Shown here: in pieces, positions 43,444-46,111 of the stretch
How positions within the stretch are numbered: the first letter of the stretch is position 1
Layout: each line of letters starts with the position of its first letter
Assembly: GCA_009827215.1 (NCBI GenBank)
Contig: WUAJ01000001.1
Location: forward strand, 1-46,111
DNA length: 46,111 nucleotides
Direction of reading: 5' to 3'
DNA from: Phycisphaeraceae bacterium
GTDB taxonomy: Bacteria; Planctomycetota; Phycisphaerae; Phycisphaerales; UBA1924
Made by a program: the position numbers and the translations under genes
The notes under the pieces: generated by a model
What the model was told of the DNA's origin: nothing
What the model saw: the letters and a program-made list of their open reading frames with translations, nothing else
The model's database searches: none

Positions 43444-43494
43444 TCTGCTCGATTGTGGTGTTTGCCCAATCCCACGCTGTATCGGAGATCACAC

Positions 43495-44238
43495 ATGGCA
43501 CGCATCCTCGTTGTTGGACCCCACCCTGATGATCAAGAACTGGGGATGGGTGGCACCGTCATCAAGCTCATGAATCAGGGACACGATGTCCTGATCCTCG
43601 ACGTGACCAACGGCGAGCCCACGCCGCTTGGATCACCTGAGATCCGCAAGCAAGAAGCCGCGGACGCATTCAAGGTGTTGTCACGGAACGCAACCGGCGA
43701 GGTCGATCGTTGGCTGCTCGATCTCCCCAACCGATTTGTCGAGCACACGATCGAGAATCGACACGCGCTCGCTGGAGTCATCCGAGCTTGGCAAGCGGAG
43801 ATGATCTTTACGACGTTTGACATCGATGCGCATCCCGATCACCGAGCCGTAACTCGTTGTGTTGAGGATGCACGCTTTGACGCGAAGCTCAGCAAGATCG
43901 AGATGCCCAAACCCACTGATGCGTGGACGGGACGGACCTTCGAGCTTGGTGATCCCTTGTATCCCAAGTGGTTGTTCTACTACTACGCGACGCACCTGCG
44001 CTGGGTCGCGGATCCGAGCTTTGTGTTCGATATCTCCGGAGTCGTCGAGCAGAAGCTCGAATCCATCCGCGCGTACCACACGCAGTTCGTGCTCCCCCCC
44101 AAGAACGCACGCATCGCGGAATGGATCGAGCACGCGGCGAGCTACTTCGGATCACGCATCGGAACCGAAGCGGGTGAGCCGTTCTTCACGAAGGAACCGG
44201 TTGGATTGGGTGATCTTGCTTCGCTAGTGAATGTCTGA
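43495..44238 (+). CDS. PIG-L/LmbE family deacetylase (BshB/MshB-like)
   Basis: MARILVVGPHPDDQELGMGGT...DVTNGE...HPDH motifs of LmbE-type N-acetylglucosaminyl deacetylases. GGAG lies upstream of the ATG at 43495. Confidence 0.85.
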   Translation: MARILVVGPHPDDQELGMGGTVIKLMNQGHDVLILDVTNGEPTPLGSPEIRKQEAADAFKVLSRNATGEVDRWLLDLPNRFVEHTIENRHALAGVIRAWQAEMIFTTFDIDAHPDHRAVTRCVEDARFDAKLSKIEMPKPTDAWTGRTFELGDPLYPKWLFYYYATHLRWVADPSFVFDISGVVEQKLESIRAYHTQFVLPPKNARIAEWIEHAASYFGSRIGTEAGEPFFTKEPVGLGDLASLVNV

Positions 44239-45339
44239 TCAATCACCAAGCTGGATCGCTTGTCCTGTCCGCGCCGACTCTCGTGCGGCATCGAGAATGA
44301 TGCACACGATGATGTTGTTCTCCAGACTCGACAGCGGATCGATCTCGCACTCGTCTCGGATGACCTTGCGGAAGTAGGTCCACTCGTTGCGGAGTTCTTC
44401 GGGACGATCGTCGATGGGGTGCGTCTTGCGATCCGAATCCGGATCGCGCTTGGTCAACGAATCCCACTTCGACGCGTGGTACGAAGCACCAGGCGTGAAG
44501 AGATCCATGTCCTTATTGTCGTGGGTCCATGCCCACGATGCTTGGATCACACCGACGAAATCCTTGTATCCCAGCACGATCGTCGCGTCGTCATCGACAT
44601 CCGGATACACATCAGGTTTGAGCTGACGTGTGATCGCGGTCACTGTTTCGGGCATCTGGTTATCCATGAGCCAGGTCATGAGGTTCGCGCCGTAGCATCC
44701 GAAGTCCACGATCGCGCCGCCGCCGTTTTCTTGGGGATCGGTCAACCATTCGAGGAACTCCTCGGAGCATCCGATCTCGCGTGGTCCCTTGTGCCCGTGA
44801 CGGAACACGGCTCTATTGATCGGCCCCGACTCCTTCGCAAGACGAGCAGCGGTGCGGACCGAAGCGTACCAGGAGGTCTCGTAGTTGGTCAGCACGAGCA
44901 CATCGTGCTTGACAGAGAGCATCTTCATTTCCAGCGCGTCGACCGTGCTGATCGCGAGGGGTTTTTCGATAAGCGTGTGAATCCCACGCGGCGCGCACGC
45001 GCGGACCGCGTCGATGTGGTCCTTGATCGAGCTCATCACACTCGCCGCTTCGGGTTTGGTCGCGTCGAGCATCTCTTCGAGGTCGTCGAAGTACCAGGAC
45101 TCGTCGAGCGCGTACTTGTCTTTGTATTTTTCAAAGAGCTCGGGATTGGGGTCGTAGATCCCAACGATCTGCAGATCGTCCCGATCCTTTGCTTGCCAGA
45201 GCACACCCTCGACATGACCATGCACCAGACCGATCACGGCGATCCGCAATGGTTCGACCTGCTCGTCAGCCAACACAGACATCGGTATGAGCAAGACTGC
45301 TAGGGATACGAGCAGACCAAGCACACTGTTCTTAATCAT
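44239..45339 (-). CDS. Gfo/Idh/MocA family oxidoreductase with signal peptide
   Basis: LRIAVIGLVHGH Rossmann start after signal peptide MIKNSVLGLLVSLAVLLIPMSVLA. Start trimmed to the ATG at 45339. Confidence 0.85.
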   Translation of the reverse strand: MIKNSVLGLLVSLAVLLIPMSVLADEQVEPLRIAVIGLVHGHVEGVLWQAKDRDDLQIVGIYDPNPELFEKYKDKYALDESWYFDDLEEMLDATKPEAASVMSSIKDHIDAVRACAPRGIHTLIEKPLAISTVDALEMKMLSVKHDVLVLTNYETSWYASVRTAARLAKESGPINRAVFRHGHKGPREIGCSEEFLEWLTDPQENGGGAIVDFGCYGANLMTWLMDNQMPETVTAITRQLKPDVYPDVDDDATIVLGYKDFVGVIQASWAWTHDNKDMDLFTPGASYHASKWDSLTKRDPDSDRKTHPIDDRPEELRNEWTYFRKVIRDECEIDPLSSLENNIIVCIILDAARESARTGQAIQLGD

Positions 45340-45643
45340 CACAAGCTCCAACATCGAAAATATCACGGACTCCATTGCCTGTATAGAGCTTCGCGGCTGC
45401 TGCAATATGATTTGGCGCATGTATCAAAAACTGAGTAAGCATGTCTTCTAGATCTTTATCCGCGAGAGATCCCGGGTTCTGCATAAACGAAACCAGTTCA
45501 GTAAGATCTTTATGCCAATCAAGCATGTGGAATGCGACATCCATCGCTTCTTGCTCGCTGAGCCCCCGGTCTAACGCGGTTTGCTCGATGCGACTCCAAA
45601 CTTCTTGGTGATTGGCAAAGAATGGATGATCCGGAGCAGGCAT
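45332..45643 (-). CDS. Hypothetical protein
   Basis: 103-aa ORF sitting tightly between tdh (3-bp gap) and the oxidoreductase (8-bp overlap). Lower GC. No family recognised. Confidence 0.55.
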   Translation of the reverse strand: MPAPDHPFFANHQEVWSRIEQTALDRGLSEQEAMDVAFHMLDWHKDLTELVSFMQNPGSLADKDLEDMLTQFLIHAPNHIAAAAKLYTGNGVRDIFDVGACDD

Positions 45644-45646
45644 AGC

Positions 45647-46111
45647 TTACTCCGCGACATTCATGAGGACCTTGATGCCCTCGCCGGAGATCATGGTGCG
45701 GAACGCTTCTTGGTAGTCGCTCATAGGGAACTCGTGGGTGATGATGTCATCGAGCTCGAGCCTCCCTGAGAGTAGCAGTTTTTCCATCTGGTACCAGGTC
45801 TCCCACATGCGCCGCCCGTTGATCCCCAGCACCGTGCATCCCTTGAAGATGATGTGCGCGTTGAAGTCGAAGTCCACCGTGCGTGCTGGGAGTCCGAGCA
45901 GCGCGGCTCGTCCGCCGTTGCGCAGCGCCCTGAATCCCTGATCCATCGCGGCTGGAGCGCCGGACATCTCGAGGAGTACATCGACGCCATCGTGGGTTTC
46001 GCTGCGGACCTGCTTGACCCACGAATCGTCGCGCGCGTCGAACGCTTCGTACGCGCCGAGCTTCTTCGCGAGCTCGAGTCTCGGAGGATTGACATCGGTG
46101 CAGTAGATCCT
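45647..46111 (-). CDS. tdh: L-threonine 3-dehydrogenase, C-terminal part (gene continues beyond the window)
   Basis: The open frame runs to the window edge. EMSGAPAAM...IFKGCTVLGINGRRMWETWYQMEKLLLSGRLELDDIITHEF closely parallels E. coli Tdh (EMSGAPPAF...[22 protein letters not shown]...). Confidence 0.9.
   Translation of the reverse strand, partial: RIYCTDVNPPRLELAKKLGAYEAFDARDDSWVKQVRSETHDGVDVLLEMSGAPAAMDQGFRALRNGGRAALLGLPARTVDFDFNAHIIFKGCTVLGINGRRMWETWYQMEKLLLSGRLELDDIITHEFPMSDYQEAFRTMISGEGIKVLMNVAE

Noticed and set aside
44260-45303. 347-aa plus-strand ORF
   Set aside because: It is entirely antisense to the well-supported Gfo/Idh/MocA oxidoreductase. Arg/Val/Asp-rich shadow frame.

Overview
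This is a 46.1-kb, moderately GC-rich, very gene-dense bacterial chromosomal segment. It holds about 40 protein genes and one tRNA-Gln(CTG). I saw no rRNA, CRISPR array, transposase, integrase or phage genes. All homology calls come from reading the translations and recalling family signatures, because no searches could be run. A GC-type dockerin tail, signal-peptide Gfo/Idh/MocA oxidoreductases, DUF4139 and OprO/P-like porins suggest Planctomycetota, probably Phycisphaerae; this is inference. Recognisable genes left to right: hpf; an orphan FbpB-like ABC permease with a GNAT, a DUF2470-like protein and an amidohydrolase; then a 12-kb co-directional minus-strand block. That block contains a CBS-fused GCS2 carboxylate-amine ligase, an AstE/AspA-type Zn deacylase, gamma-glutamyltransferase and an MFS transporter, followed by a secreted VWA protein, DUF4139, an OmpR-type response regulator and a histidine kinase. 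Next come a divergent dockerin-anchored M14 carboxypeptidase, a heme-oxygenase-like gene, and an operon of GT2, a BshC-like unknown and a periplasmic binding protein. These are followed by DUF885, tRNA-Gln, an MsbA-like ABC exporter, a DAACS symporter and argS. A Pho-type locus holds two tandem OprO/P-like porins with a divergent PhoB/PhoR-like pair and a PgpH-like 7TM-HD protein. The last stretch holds a run of dus, a Zn-ribbon membrane protein, DinB and a micro-ORF, then a lipoprotein, a PIG-L deacetylase, an oxidoreductase and a partial tdh. The best candidates for something undescribed are three. (1) The gamma-glutamyl ligase-deacylase-GGT-MFS operon. (2) The VWA-DUF4139-two-component operon. 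(3) The array of six GTCACA direct repeats, mostly in 11-bp register, in front of that second operon. Smaller observations include a perfect 21-bp palindrome in the ligase/M14 control region, HIP1-like GCGATCGC enrichment, contrasting codon bias between the two porins, an AT-rich Zn-ribbon membrane gene coupled to dus, and an unannotated 53-aa membrane ORF.
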